Origin: Bugula neritina
Taxonomy: Eukaryota > Animalia > Bryozoa
Length of the DNA: 64,000 nucleotides
NCBI GenBank assembly: GCA_964035545.1
Contig: OZ037766.1
Coordinates: 30,680,773-30,744,772 of the forward strand
Direction: 5' to 3'
Part shown: in pieces, positions 1-13,924 of the stretch
How positions within the stretch are numbered: the stretch's first letter is position 1
Layout of the letters: the number at the start of each line of letters is the position of its first letter
Position numbers and translations under genes: made by a program
Notes under the pieces: model-generated
Databases searched by the model: none
Seen by the model: only the letters and a program-made list of their open reading frames with translations
What the model was told of the DNA's origin: nothing

Positions 1-3000
1 ACACCTGTAACATGTCATCTTGTAGCGATTCCACCTTAGCTGGTTCTTCCAACCCTTCGCGGTCGGCTGATAGAACTATGAAAGCTATGAGCACATTTAC
101 ATCTTCTAGTGTGTAGTTTGCTTTGAGCAGTCTAGCCATGATTCTGTAACGGAGAGTAGAAGAATTACAACTGCTATCATCTCATGACTGAACACATATA
201 GTACGTCTGAGTGCTCTGTATCTATAGACTTCATTGTAGTCTGGTTTCTTACTGGGTAGTCAAATGACTTATTGAAACAATTATGAGGCAATTGGTATCA
301 AGTAACCCAACAATATAACGAAATACATGCTTAAAACTTGTTCTAGTTTTCCTGGCTCAATCACAGTTGTTAGAAGCTGATCACACCATATATGAAGAGA
401 CTAACAGTCATTCCCTATGATAGAAATCGGTGAAAAATTAGCATCAAAAAATAATTTATTAGAATTTCTTAGCAAGCAAAAAGTAAAAATCTAAATGTAT
501 AGCTTCCCTAGATGTTCTATAAATAGTATCTGAATGACACAGTACACAGAAATATCCCAGCTATACTTGTGTGTTATGCCTATAGTACTATTTTTCATAC
601 ATACTTACATGTTATGTTCGTCATTAAACTTAGTAGTGAAAGCACCATGAGGGAACATGTTGATGGGTGTCAGTACCAATTCCTTGGTCTGTTCGCAGAA
701 CATGCAAATCAGGTGCTTGTCAATCCGGCAGGATGGATGACTATAAATGTGCCAATAAAATATAACGTATTACGTTACACAGTACTATTAATATATCATA
801 TTACATTGTTTGCACCATGGCAACCTGTATAGTTGTAAGCTTGCATCTGCACACAATATGCTTACAGAGCTGTTTGAGGAAAACTATTGTCATAACTTAC
901 ATAAGGCATACTAGTCATTAATCAACTGTCCATCCCAAAGCTAATCAGAGGCAGAATAAAGTGCATTTTTATTCATTATAAATAAAAACAAACCTTCAAG
1001 TTGACAAATATTTTTTCATGCCACCAAATTAAGGGAATTTCACAAGAGCTCAGCCACAAAATGCAATCATGCTGTTTGACAGATTGCCAGGTTGATATGA
1101 TTGGACAGAAACGTTAATGCTTCCACCTAATTAACCACGTATTTGCTGTGACATGATAAATTTAAATACGTCTTCTCAATCTATTTTCACATGCATGAGT
1201 CACAGCATGTCTTACAATTTTAAAAAAAAATGACAAAAGTTTGATTATATATTATATATATATCATATATTACATAAGAGGGCAGACAACTCACGCCATG
1301 ATCGTAGACACCTCTACCCGAGCTCCTTTCAGCAGAATTATCCTGTCATTCAGGAGGAGATCATTGAAGCCGGGAAGTTGTTTTGCGAACTTTGTCAGCT
1401 CTACGAACAGGATCTCTGCCACCATCATCCAGTTCTCCCAAAGAAGGTTCACGGCTCTAACATCCTTCCAGGTTTGACCTTCACCTTCAAGGATAAACGG
1501 CGTGGAGTGATGTACTCCGTTACTAGTGGGCGAAACCTGACTGTCTTCGGGTACCTGGGCCGGATCCAAGGCCGGAGTGTCAGATATGTTCAACGAAAAG
1601 GGAATACATTCTCGACTCTTTAGTGATGGAGGTAGTTGGTTGGCCAGGTGGGCAGAAGTGGCAGCATTTATTGCGGCTGCAGCGCGCTTCAATTCGACAG
1701 CATCCGACAGGTTGTCGCAGAAACTCTTGAAGAGCTGTTGACCAGTAGGTCCCGGGGCGTATATCGGGTGATTGGGAATTATGTCCCCTGGACAGTGCTC
1801 TTCCACAAGCTTATCTATTCGATTATATATCTCCTCTTTCTGTGCCATGAATGAATTCATTTCAGGAAAATATTCGGCTGAAAGCTGATTTATGAGTTTT
1901 AGTTTCTCTTCTAGAAACGTAGTGTTGGCGGGAGACGGTGAGCGCACTTGGGGTTCAGTTTTGACGGTCACTTCCTCTCCCTTGATTTCCTTCGTGTACT
2001 GAGTTCTCCTTTCATGGGTGTACCTGCCTTTCTTACTCGCTACAAAATGAAAATATACAATATTTAGATATATCTTTAGAGTTATCCTCCCAATATAGGC
2101 ACCGACTTTCAAAGACACCATAGAGAATAGTCGGCTGGCAGAGGAAAACGAGTAGTTTTAGCTGCAGAATCATTTAGTTACAGCAGCAGTAATTTATTCA
2201 TTTATTCATACTATTGGTGTGTGATTTTGGGTGAAAAATCGAAATTTGTGGGAGAACACAACCCCATATTGTTTATAATGCACAAGTTTTTGGAAAAATT
2301 ATCTGGCAGTTAAAATTGTACAAAACTTTTAAGTTAAAGATTTAAAACACGTTAATGAACCATATTCTAATATATATCAACTTGATATAGTTTTCATTAA
2401 ATGGTAAAATATTTTCGAAAGAATTTGAATCTTGGAAATCGGCCTCTAGTCTTAGCCTTAGCTATCTAGAGATTTAGTCAACATATTATTTAGCATAAAA
2501 TGCTTCACTAAACAGAGAAGAAACTGTGTGAGAATTTCAGCACATAAAATTTAAAGCACATCACAAAAAGTATTGTAAATAAAATTATTTAGCCAATAAA
2601 AGGAGTTGCCTGCTTTGTATAAGGTCATGTTAATGCATAGATAAATCTGCAAGTATACCCACATTACAAAACTCTCAGTGCTGGTGAATTATAGTTAAGA
2701 AGCTATTTCATAGTTAAATTCATTACCCAGAGAAAACCTTCTCATCAGGGACATTGTTTGTGGATGTGATATATAATATTACTGTTATATATAACAACAT
2801 TACGAGAAAGATTATAATGCAATTCATTTATGAGTTGATCAAGGCTACGCGAGAGCTCACCGGACTTGGTCATGCCCGCCTTCAGACACTGAGTCATCCT
2901 ACAGGGAACACAGGCTAGTCTCCCCCTCACTAGGGCCGTGCATCCTCCGTTGTTGGGGCACGTCTTAGATTGGTAGTCTTTGCTCGTACAGCGACGGAAA

Positions 3001-4025
3001 AAAGCCTTGCAAGCCTCACATGTATTGGCTCCTGAAAAGTAATATATAACTATCAGAGTACTGAGTAGTATATAACTATCAGAGTACTGAGTAGTATATA
3101 ACTATCAGAGTACTGAGTAGTATATAACTATCAGAGTACTGAGTAGTATATAACTATTAGAGTACTGAGTAATATATAACTATCAGAGTACTGGAATGTA
3201 AAGAAAATTTTTGTTACATTATGTTGTTAGGTTAAAAATATGTTAATTTTTTAAAACTAAAATGCACGATTTTAAACAGCTGAGACCTTGATATTTTCAG
3301 TACTTTACAGCCGTACTATATACATTAATATTAATTACATTGAAAACATTTCAGCTTTCAACCAGTGCAATAATTGTCACAAGTATATGTTGAAATTTTA
3401 AAAAGATGAAATTATGCACTATTTAAAGAGAAAAAAACTCAATGAGGGTATGAACGAGATTTTTGAAAAGTGGTTTCATTTCAAAAATATTAGTACGTAC
3501 CATTTACTATATCAAAAACTAAATGTCTGTCTATTTTTCCTTCATGGAAAATATTGCCTATATTTATAACTACACTTTATACAGTAGCTGAAACATGCAC
3601 GAAGTTGAAAAAAAATAGACCAAATTTTTTTTACATATATCTGCAATGATTTCCCATAACATCCACATAGCATTTTGAACTGCAGTGTAAACACCGCATT
3701 AATTATTGCAAAAAGTGTAATCTGCAGCCAACATTCTAACAATCGGATTTGAAGAAGTAGCGGAAACCTGCAAAAACTACGAAACCATAAAGCAGTTGGG
3801 CTATTCACCATAGTGGAAGCCGGATGCTATACCACCGCATATACGACACGGTGGAAGGAAACTCGTCACAGAAGAGCTCTTTGGTGCAGGAGGTGAAGAT
3901 TGAGATTCCAATGATGATTGGCTAGGTGTGGACGTTGAAGTGGGCGTGTCTATACTATCTGAAGTGGGCGTGCCCAGACTGTCTGATGTGGGCATGTCAA
4001 GACTATCCAATGAATTAGAATCCAT
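1..4025 (-). CDS. Nuclear hormone receptor, divergent NR1-type (C4 zinc-finger DBD + LBD); 3' end lies beyond the window
   Basis: Coding exons (minus): 4025-3809, 3031-2860, 2039-1295, 740-609 and 143-5, all GT-AG and in phase. DBD: LPPCRICGGIASGFHYG|ANTCEACKAFFRR...CPNNGGC...CVPCRMTQCLKAGM. LBD signature FAKQLPGFNDLLLNDRIILLK, and later DREGLEEPAKVESLQ. Confidence 0.93.
3040..3193. repeat. Intronic minisatellite, 26-nt unit x ~6
   Basis: TATATAACTATCAGAGTACTGAGTAG repeated, abutting the acceptor of the second DBD exon. Confidence 0.95.
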
Positions 4026-6979
4026 TGCAGACAACTGAAAATACATAAAACAATAATATTACTGATAATAAAATGCAAAAAATTTTCAATTGAAAACATA
4101 TTTTCGACAAATTTCAATTGAGCAACTTGTTTGGCAAGTGAGAAAAGGTAACACATTGGACCTGGCGAGTTATAAAACGGACATCATATATGCCTGCATA
4201 TAGATTAATTATCAAAACAGTATTTTTCATGAGAATATGGCTGATAGTGTGATGGAATTTTGGCAATCATCAGCTCCTCTTTGAACTGTTTCCTAAAACG
4301 AGTCACCTAGCATAAACTTGGTGCTGAAAACAGTCTCAGTGTGACGCACTTTAGTTTCATAACAGCAATTTTGAGCGAGGTGGAGCACTTTTTCAAAATT
4401 AGGCAATAATTCTCAGGTATGAGAGTGAGGTCATGTGGAGCAAAAAATCCTTAGCAAAGTAATTTCAACAACTGCGTGAAAACTATGTATTGAAGAAAAA
4501 CATCTCTAAAATCAGGTTAGATATTGTTTTACTTCATTTTACAACGCATAAGCAAATAAATTTGTATCCGTAGAAAATGGATAATAAGCAGTAAAAATAT
4601 TGTACTACTACACAAAGTGTTCTATAGGTTGTAACGTACAAATGCAACTATTTGGATATCAATTTATTCAATTTAGAGAATTTCAGTAGTTTTGAATTGT
4701 ATATTAAAAACATCAGTTTGGAACAAAAATGATAAGTTAGTTAGTCATTACATCATGCAGTTGGTTGTCAGTCAAAATAGTATTTTAATGAGTGTAAATT
4801 AATAATATACAAGTTGAAGAGTACGTGAATACAGTTAGTTATTAGTGACACTAACAGTACATCCCCCAATACTACCCATACTGTATAATTTTATTGGAGT
4901 AAGTTTTGGTTGAGATTAATTCATGTGGTTAGGGCAGAACCTCTGGAGACATTGAAGGTTGATTCAACAGGTCCGTACACTTGGAGCAGGTTATGTGGTG
5001 CCAAGCATGCATATCACTTAGCGATTTGTTATACAGCATTACTTCCAAGTCACATGTTCTAATAGATGAACTCATTAAATGAATTTGCCAGCCGTTATCA
5101 TGAACACTGCCATGTTAGTGAATTATACAATCTATCATTATAGATAAACAAATAGTTTCGAAATGATATATTATATTGCATAGGCATTATTATTATAAAT
5201 TATATTGTAATTACACCAACATGGTGTCATTTCTTAGGTTTTGCAATAATTGTGGATTATCAGGGCTATGAAAGATCAATAATCTATTATAGTACGCAGT
5301 TCAATATTCTTTTAATCACTGTCTAAGTAGCATGGACTACATAATCTGACAGGATGATTTAAGGTCTGGTCACTTGTGTTTATTGCATTTAAACTCTAAC
5401 AAATTTAAATCAAATTATACGAGGAAATCAAGGCCATGTAGAAACAATTGATCTAACAGGAAGTTAACGGTTCAAATTGGGGACAGTTTTTGATAACACA
5501 GCATTGAATTTCCTGTTAAGCAAAAAGTATGACAAACTGTATAATTATATGAATTAGCAACAGCATGAATCTCAGTATTTGATGGGTCATCAAATGTGTA
5601 TTGTAGAATAAATTTCTGAGTCATCCGGTACAGACTGTCTAAAACGCAAAATTTGCGACTAGTATTCGATTCAACAGCTTAGAAAACATTTATAGAATGC
5701 AGAGTTCAAGTTAACAATTGACTAAAAGTTTTGAACAAATTGTTACTAATATCTGTACATTATACTCAACCATCACTAACCGTAGTAAGTTACTACAAGT
5801 AAGGCTAGTAAACTTTTAGGAAATGTAGCCAGGAAAGCAGCAGCACAAAAGGGAAATTAAAACACAAAATTTGTTTACTTAAGAATTAGTTTAAATACAA
5901 TTTTCAATTTCTGCTGCACCAAATCTATATTATATTACTTTATAAATTCATGTTATATGCTAAATTTTTTGAAGAAAAATTATTAGTTTAAAAATTACCA
6001 AATTTTAAAATTTATATACCACATTTAAGCTCACTATAAATTTCGAGACACCTGATTGGTTAAACTCAAATTGTATGGTAACATTACCCAGTAATATAAC
6101 AAAAGTATATTAATAATTACAAACAACAGAAATATTTAGCACATAATAAAACGAATTGAGGGCCTATAGTGAAAGCTGTGAGCACAGACTGTATTGACGA
6201 AGCCTTATATGGAGTTATATTGCATAGCCTACTTAAAATAATTTTTATTTTAATACTTTCTTAAATAAATATTAAAAAGAAACATTACATCAGAATATTT
6301 TAATAATTATTTTAAATATCAACTCTCATACTGCTTTATTATTTTTCATGTAACCCTATTCACAACCCCCATCAGTTTTTCTAATTCCTAATGTGTTTGA
6401 TTTAAGCAGTTTAAACTGTCACATCTAAGAATTTTGTCAACTTCAAAGTAATTCTCTACTCTTTATTTTAAACATATTTAAAATGACAATTGAGAAAATC
6501 CTAAACTAACGCACTATTTGACAATAGTTTACTAGCCGATAATTAAGACAGACAAGTATCAGCATAGTTTCAATTATAGGACAGAACTATAAAAATTATT
6601 TCAATGCAGTATTAGAAAAACTTCATTTTAAATTACAAATCTAGTTGTCAAAGTTCAACAAAATATACGTAATTATAGGCAAGCAAAGTAACTTAGAAAT
6701 GTCATAAAAACTCGGTATGAATACAAGTTTTTAATCATAAGTGAATAAACATATTTAACAGAAATTATTAATTTAAAGGTAATATTTTGAGGTTTTAGAA
6801 GTATCAGAGGCTGTAAATCAAAACAAGCTGCTCATAAATGTTAATTTAAATTATAATATTTTTAATCAAATTAATAGAAAAAACTTGATTAATTATAAAA
6901 GTTGAGATGATATGGCTCAGTCCAGTTTATTTAGTACGAACTTAATTTGAGTTTGCCAGTTTATATATTGTTTGTTTTT

Positions 6980-9650
6980 ACATATTTGTGATTGAATATG
7001 AATATCAAGTGAGAATGATAGTTTCTAAATTCATACTATTCCTTCATTTTAATTATGATTATAATGAAAAATGACACATTAAAATAATTGTAGCAATAAA
7101 CATTCCATTTGATTATTGTCAATATTCATCATATCCTAAAAATTATAATTACAGTCTTAATGGTTGCAACGAATATGATTGTGATAATGGTGATAATCAC
7201 CACATTCACTTTAAACACTTAATAATATAAATATCATAAACTTAAATTGAACAATCAATAATATCAATATTACAACATTTAATTACTAAACCTGAAATCA
7301 ACTTTTACTTTTACAGTTACTGTAACTTTGAAATTTTTAGGACGATGACCAATTGTGAATAATATCCACTATTATAATATTCAACTACCTCAGTTATATA
7401 CTTCAGCAGTTACAACAACTTAGAGCCAGTGAGTAACTTCATAAATTTAGATAAAATACAAAAAAAATCTACTTGAAAAATTACATTTTTTCACGATTAG
7501 TTTCACAAATAGTAGGAGTTAATTAAAATTGAGTTCAATGAGTTAAATATCAAAGTCAATCCGAATACTGTTATATTACTATTTTCCATGATGACGAATA
7601 TTACCGTCATAATAAATATGATAATATCATACAACTATACAACTTTCCTTGCGGTAATTATAAAACTATTTATCAAGATCAAGATGTATTGATAGTCCTA
7701 TTATTCTATGGCACTTGCATTTGCATTAACTTATGCTTACAGTAATAGTTATAGTTACTAAAGTGTTAAACTAAGTCTAATAGTTATAGTAATAATAATA
7801 GCAATCATCAATACTCATAGTGATAGTAAAACTAAGACCTAGTAATAGTTATTAGTTATAGTATTAAAAAAACCTCACCCAAGTTGATGATGAATATTAC
7901 TGTCATAATAAATATGATAATATCATATAACTATACAATTTTCCCTTTTCCTGCGAAAATTATAAAATGATTTATAGAGATCAAGATGTATTGATAGTCC
8001 TATTACTCTATGGCACTTGCATTTGCATTAACTTATGCTTACAGTAATAGTTATAGTTACTAAAGTGTTAAACTAAGTCTAATAGTCATAGTAATACTAA
8101 TAGCAATCATCAATACTCATAGTGATAGTAAAAGTTATTAGTTATAGTATTAAAAAAACCTCACCCAAGTTTATAGTCACTATCCCTGTGAGAAACCCCT
8201 AATGGAAAGAGCTTTTAAAGCAAGCTAATGAATTATTCAGATGAGGCACAGAAGCAATTATGACTGGATGCTTTTCCATACACCACCAATGACCATGACT
8301 TTCAGTCATTAGTTATTGTAATAGGTCTAGTAATATCCAACTTCATAGTTTTATTTATAGTGATATAATATCAAAATATAATACTAAGTCCAATAGCCTA
8401 CTATTACAAAATCCAATATCATTAGTTATACTAATAATAGTTATACTACTTATTTTTAATAATTTAGTTTTAATGAAAACTTCAAGTATAATAATAAAAT
8501 TAAATGCAAAAACATTATGTTAATGCTATTGCTATTTTCACTACATTTTTATTTATTTTTACTAAATAGCTACAAACAGTAAATTTAAAACACAAGTATA
8601 ATTTTTACATTTAGTTTTACTTTTACTACTAAATTTAGTATTAGTGGATACTATTAATGTAGGTATTACTAATAGTAATAGTAATAATATTACTGCTATT
8701 AGCATGAGTAATTAGTACAAGTATTACTCTAACTCTAAGTATGCTCAATAACTAATAAATATTACTATAACTATTGGTATGAAATTGAATATGACATGAG
8801 TGCAAGTAATTTAGTTACTTTTATTTCTGTGTGCTGTAAGTATCAGTTGGTGTAAAACTGATACTCTGATGACTGATAGTGATACTAATACTCACAGTCT
8901 CTGTATGATGATGATAATTTTACTCATTAAGTTATACACTTATAGTTATATTTAAAGTTAAAATTATAGTGGTGATACTGATAGTGATATTATTACTATA
9001 TTGGTCATACGATACTGATAGCCAATGTCATCAGTTATGACTCATGAAGATGGTGAGTCACTGATGACTGGATTAGTGAATGTGAAACACTTACAAGTTA
9101 CACTTATGACTTAGTCTTACAGTTGGTGTTACAGTCATACTCATATTGATATCCGTGATCATAGAGATACTCCTCATACTAAAAGAGTGAAACTCATACT
9201 GATAGTGATACTCATACTGACACTCTGACTCAGTAGTTGAACTTAATCATAATGCCATGGCTAACTACAAGACCAAGTACATGTAAAAGTTTAGCTTGAT
9301 AAAAAATTAATTATTTTATTAATAACTATAAGTATAACTATAAGGTAGAAGTTGAAATAAAAAACATTATTCTATTTTCTAGTGGTAAAATCCATGAATA
9401 ATTACGATGATGAATCTGAAAGTAAATCATGACTGTCACTATCAGTATCAGAATGAGAATGGTTATGGAACAACTTCGACTTGATGAACTTGAAGTTGAA
9501 TTACTGGATTTGAACGGTATGAACTATGAAGCACCGATTAGTTACTGTGAGAGTTTGCAAAAACTGCTACAGCTCATGCTAACGCTAGCAATTCTACTAC
9601 ATTCTGATACAGCAATCAGCAATGTGAATAGGGAATAATTATATCAATAT
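6980..9650. other. 6-bp-phased A[CG]T tract downstream of the nuclear receptor promoter
   Basis: For example 9186-9230 AGT gaa ACT cat ACT gat AGT gat ACT cat ACT gac ACT ctg ACT. Confidence 0.75.
7589..8171. repeat. Tandem duplication of ~290 bp (two diverged copies)
   Basis: Copies ~7589-7884 and ~7885-8171 both end in AAAAAAACCTCACCCAAGTT; they differ by substitutions and a ~16-nt indel. Confidence 0.92.
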
Positions 9651-9739
9651 ATGATAATGATCACAGTTGCGGATACTTATACCAGGGCTACAATGCAATG
9701 ACAAAGCTCAAATCTAACATAAATAAAGCTTATAATCCT

Positions 9740-10030
9740 CACTCGCATGTCGGTGCATTAATAGGAAGAGGTATAAAAGCGTTTCGTTTGACGTACAATA
9801 AATGGTTTCTAGGGGTTTTTCATCGGATTGTGGAATGTATTATCCGCGGTATATTGGTAATATCATAGTAAGCCGTAAAATGTTTCATAACTCAACGAGC
9901 TCACGTGCGCGTTCGAGGCTTGACACAGAGGATCCCACCTTAGCGCGTAATGACGTAAACATTTGCGACAACTTAGCTATAGTCCTTCACGTAGTATAAG
10001 CGACTGAGTATTATACCCGCTCAGCTAGAA
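9740..10030 (-). promoter_or_regulatory. Putative promoter of the nuclear receptor
   Basis: Local CpG cluster with CRE/ATF-like TGACGT (~9790, ~9951) and E-box CACGTG (~9902). Candidate minus-strand donor CTG|GTATAAG near 9683. Confidence 0.5.
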
Positions 10031-10147
10031 AGCCCCAAGGCAATGTATCAAACCAAAGTCAGCTACAGCATTTTGCATTAAGAATTAATCTATAAGCAGC
10101 TCCGAGCTGGAGGTGATTGAGTGCAATAGTTTGAACACTAATCTCAT

Positions 10148-10210
10148 GGTTTTAAACCATTGAACTATAACTATATATATTTTATAGTTGCAGTTCAGTG
10201 GCTTAAACCA
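10148..10210. repeat. Short palindromic dispersed element (second copy at ~52120-52175)
   Basis: AACCATTGAACTATAA...TATAGTT(G/T)CAGTTCAGTGG forms a hairpin; the same sequence recurs 42 kb away. Confidence 0.7.
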
Positions 10211-10614
10211 CTGGACTAGCAATAACATCTCTTTATCTTTATTGGTTCAAACTTCCAACTCATACCCCAACTCCAAAATTGAGAACTTTAAACTACTGCA
10301 CTTTTTCACCCCCAACCCGGAGTGGCTCATAGGATAAGTCCTGCATCAAACTGTTACAATGTCAAAATAATATTATCAAGATCCTCAATAAAACTTTTCC
10401 ACCACACTGATCAAATATATATATAGATTGGTAGAAAGAATTCAGGTCCAAATGAACAGCAGATGTCAATTAAAATATATTATTTTCATGTTGAAACTGT
10501 TATATTGAATATAAAGTGAGGTGGACAGGAACAATGATGCTTCATCTAGTAACTCACATATAAGCAGAGTTTAGTTAATTATATCACACATACAGTAACT
10601 ATTTTAACTGTTAA

Positions 10615-11185
10615 AGGTGACATGCCTTGCCAGCTTTTTTATTTTGAAGACAAAACATTGATCAATTGTTATGCTTAATTATGCTATTCACAATTTTTCT
10701 AGCTGATTTGCTCATCATTTGTTAAACATCGTAGGCATCCAGGTTATTTTGATAAAATCAATTACTGTTAATTAAAAGATCATACTTTTTTAGTTGCATT
10801 CACAAAATATATACAAAAAATCTCAACTCAATATACCAGAAAAAATGAATTAAAATATATGTGTTAATAGCACTGAGATTGACGTGACCGTGGCGCATGA
10901 AAAATCTGAAAGAAGAGTTGTCTTCTATTTTTCTATATTAATATATAGAGCTTGTCGTGAAAATGAAGATTTTTTAAAAAAAATATTGTGATCCTCTGGT
11001 AACTTCCTGAATTTAGAAAATTAACTCATATATTTCTTTTCATGTGGACAACAGCTCACTTTTTTTTAAATTTATTTTGAAGCTCTTTTCGTAAAAAATA
11101 ATCAAAAGTAAAAAATCCAAAATTTTTACAAATTGGTTCGGGGCTTGACGTGAAAGGCATTTGGACGAAGATGTCAAGGTCACCA
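10615..11185. mobile_element. Probable non-autonomous DNA transposon, Kolobok-like
   Basis: Flanked by TTAA on both sides (10611-14, 11186-89). Termini AGGTGAC... and ...GTCACCA are imperfect inverted repeats. No ORF. Confidence 0.5.
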
Positions 11186-11359
11186 TTAATAAATTTATTT
11201 TATCACAATTCACAATACTGCACAGAAAGTTAATGAAGTGGGCTGAAAATTAGGTTGCTAGCATATTCATATTGATATGCATTATATTGATTGTTACAGT
11301 ATTATTTTTTAAATGTGTTTTGTTATCAGTTATGTTTAACTTCTTTATAGAGCTGCTGT

Positions 11360-12000
11360 TAGACTAAGACTAAGAGTAAGACATAATATTAGCAACAATG
11401 AATGATTCAATGATAATATTAATAATTAATATCACTTTAATATTAAATTAAAATTATTATTAAATTGAAATTCACGGTGACGTATCACTATCACTATGAG
11501 TATGAGTATCGTACAAATTAATTATGAGTATGAGTATTACTATGACATTAACTCAATCAGTGATTGACTATTAGTATTACTATGAATATGACTGTGCATA
11601 ACTCAATCACAATGAGAATATCAATATGAATATGGCTTCTAATTCTTGTAACTTTTGACTATCACTATGATGATGCTGATAGTGATAATCACTGCCAGCC
11701 CAAGTCTCATACTCATAGTGATACTATTACTATTGTCTATTAGTATTAATAACTAGTATTACTATTAGTACAACTACTAGTACTGTACTAGTATTACTCA
11801 TAGTTCTGATAATGATGGAGATAATAGTTTTAAAAGTTCTACTTCTACTTTTATAGTAACTGTGAGCTAGATTGTATATGTTGAACTCTACTCATTTTTT
11901 ACTACTAATGCTAATACTAATAGTAATAGTAATACTAATAATAATTATAGTTGTTATAATGATAGTAATACTAATAGTAATAATAACTATTTCAATTTGA
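11360..12000. other. 6-bp-phased A[CG]T tract with no recognised gene
   Basis: For example 11487-11507 ACT atc ACT atg AGT atg AGT, with many similar runs. Confidence 0.7.
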
Positions 12001-13924
12001 TAATTTATGTTTTACAACAGCATTATCGCTTATCAATTACATTGGTTCATAATATGATTATTTTAATTTTGCTTTGTGTGTTTTTTCATGTTGTAAATTT
12101 AAGTTCGTATGGTTATTTAATGAACTAGAGAACTAGCCAAATGTTATGTACCGATTGCAATAATTTACTATAAACTCAGTGAAATTTAAAACCTAATTGA
12201 TATTACTATGACATTGATTGTACAGAGGTAGCTAAAATATACATTAAATTACCAATAATTTTAACTCGCCAATACACTATGAGTAGAACAGTCAAATGCA
12301 ATGATAGAAAATTAATTAGTCATAGCAGCCCGTTGCTTGAGGAACATTGAGCTACAGGTCTAAAATGATTTAGTTTTGTGATCCCTTATATAACAAAATA
12401 ATTTTTTTTAAACTGGTTTAATACTTTTATTATAAACACGCTTATCAAAGTAACATGTTTTTGATGTATATTCTATTAAAAAAGCAATCACATCAGGTTT
12501 TCAATTTGTATGTTGTACAAAGTTTATTATGGTGACAAGTTACTAAATTATATGGTTCAGCTTTGTAAAGTAAAGCTGATAAAATAAATACAATTATGTG
12601 ATTGTTTTACTGCTATATATTAAATTTAAATGAGTTGAATAATATCCTAGTGCATTGAATTAGATATTTTTTTTAGCTTTGGTACACCTGTTTGTTATAG
12701 GCTAACATTCCACCAATAGAAGAATGGTGCAAGTAGAAGAAATTTCAGGTGCAGAAAGCTAAGGAGCAGTCAGAATGCTGCCAGAGTTGTGAAGAGGCAC
12801 TTGAAAAAGCTGAATTTCAATAATGACATGAAATTCGTAACAGATCACCCTGGTGTAATTGAACTGACATGGCCAGCAGAGTTCTCGAAGTCACATACAA
12901 CAGCTATTTACATCATCATGGTTAGCTTAAATGTAATTCCTATATCAGTCTCTAATATATAGTTTGATATCTGCTGTAAATTCGCTTAAGGAGCATACAC
13001 ATAACCAAAACTGAGTTACACTATAGTATTTGTTCTTGAATATATTTACCAAGATAAGTAGATTTGCTAATTCATTAACAGTAAAATTATAATGATACAA
13101 CAATTTTTCTTTTAGATGATTCAATCAATAACACAAGACACTACAACATGGTTTTGCAGTTATAGAGTATTAATTTTCTGGCTCTTTCCAAATCTTCATA
13201 GAAGGCAAAGAAAACCACCGTCAGCTTGCCTTTATAACTGAGTGCACGCGTCTTCCACCTACAGATGATGGTTAACAATTTGCTGGTGTGGAACTTTCTA
13301 ATTTTGTTTACAATGAAGATAGATTATAGGACATTATTCTTTATGTAAAGATTGTCAAGTTTTGTTATAATTAAGAACAGTTTTAGTTTCAATAAATCAG
13401 TTCAACATTATGGACATCATTGCACAAACATTTTAATCTTTACTATCTACAAAGGTATCTGATGGACTACTTAAAAATACAAAACTATGCTCCAGATACA
13501 CAATGCACTGACCAGCAAAGTTAAAATGAGTTGGAGATGTAAAACATAATATCTTGTTCAAGGCTTTTCCCTGCTGTTGGAACCTTCTACTTCAGAACAC
13601 TGAATTGAACAAACATATGTAGATATATGAAACTTTGCAAAAAATAATAATGTGAAATTAGTTGCTAAGTATCACATTGCTAATAAATACAGCATTGTGT
13701 AATGTTTTATTTAATTTTTTTTTGAGCCATTGGATCTATAGGCCCGCATAGTATTTACTATATTATAACTAATAAATTGCAGACACATTATGTCAGACCA
13801 GCTTCCATTTAAATAGAATAGTGTAGGCTATCAAATTTGTAGAAGTAAAAAACCGCATTCATATTTAGTAAAATACTTGCCTTTTTTTTCATGATGCCTC
13901 TACTGCTAAAAAGAGAAGTTTTTA

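Noticed and set aside
2060-2470. Possible DNA transposon remnant in an NR intron
   Set aside because: Only a weak partial inverted match and no TSD; cannot be supported by eye.
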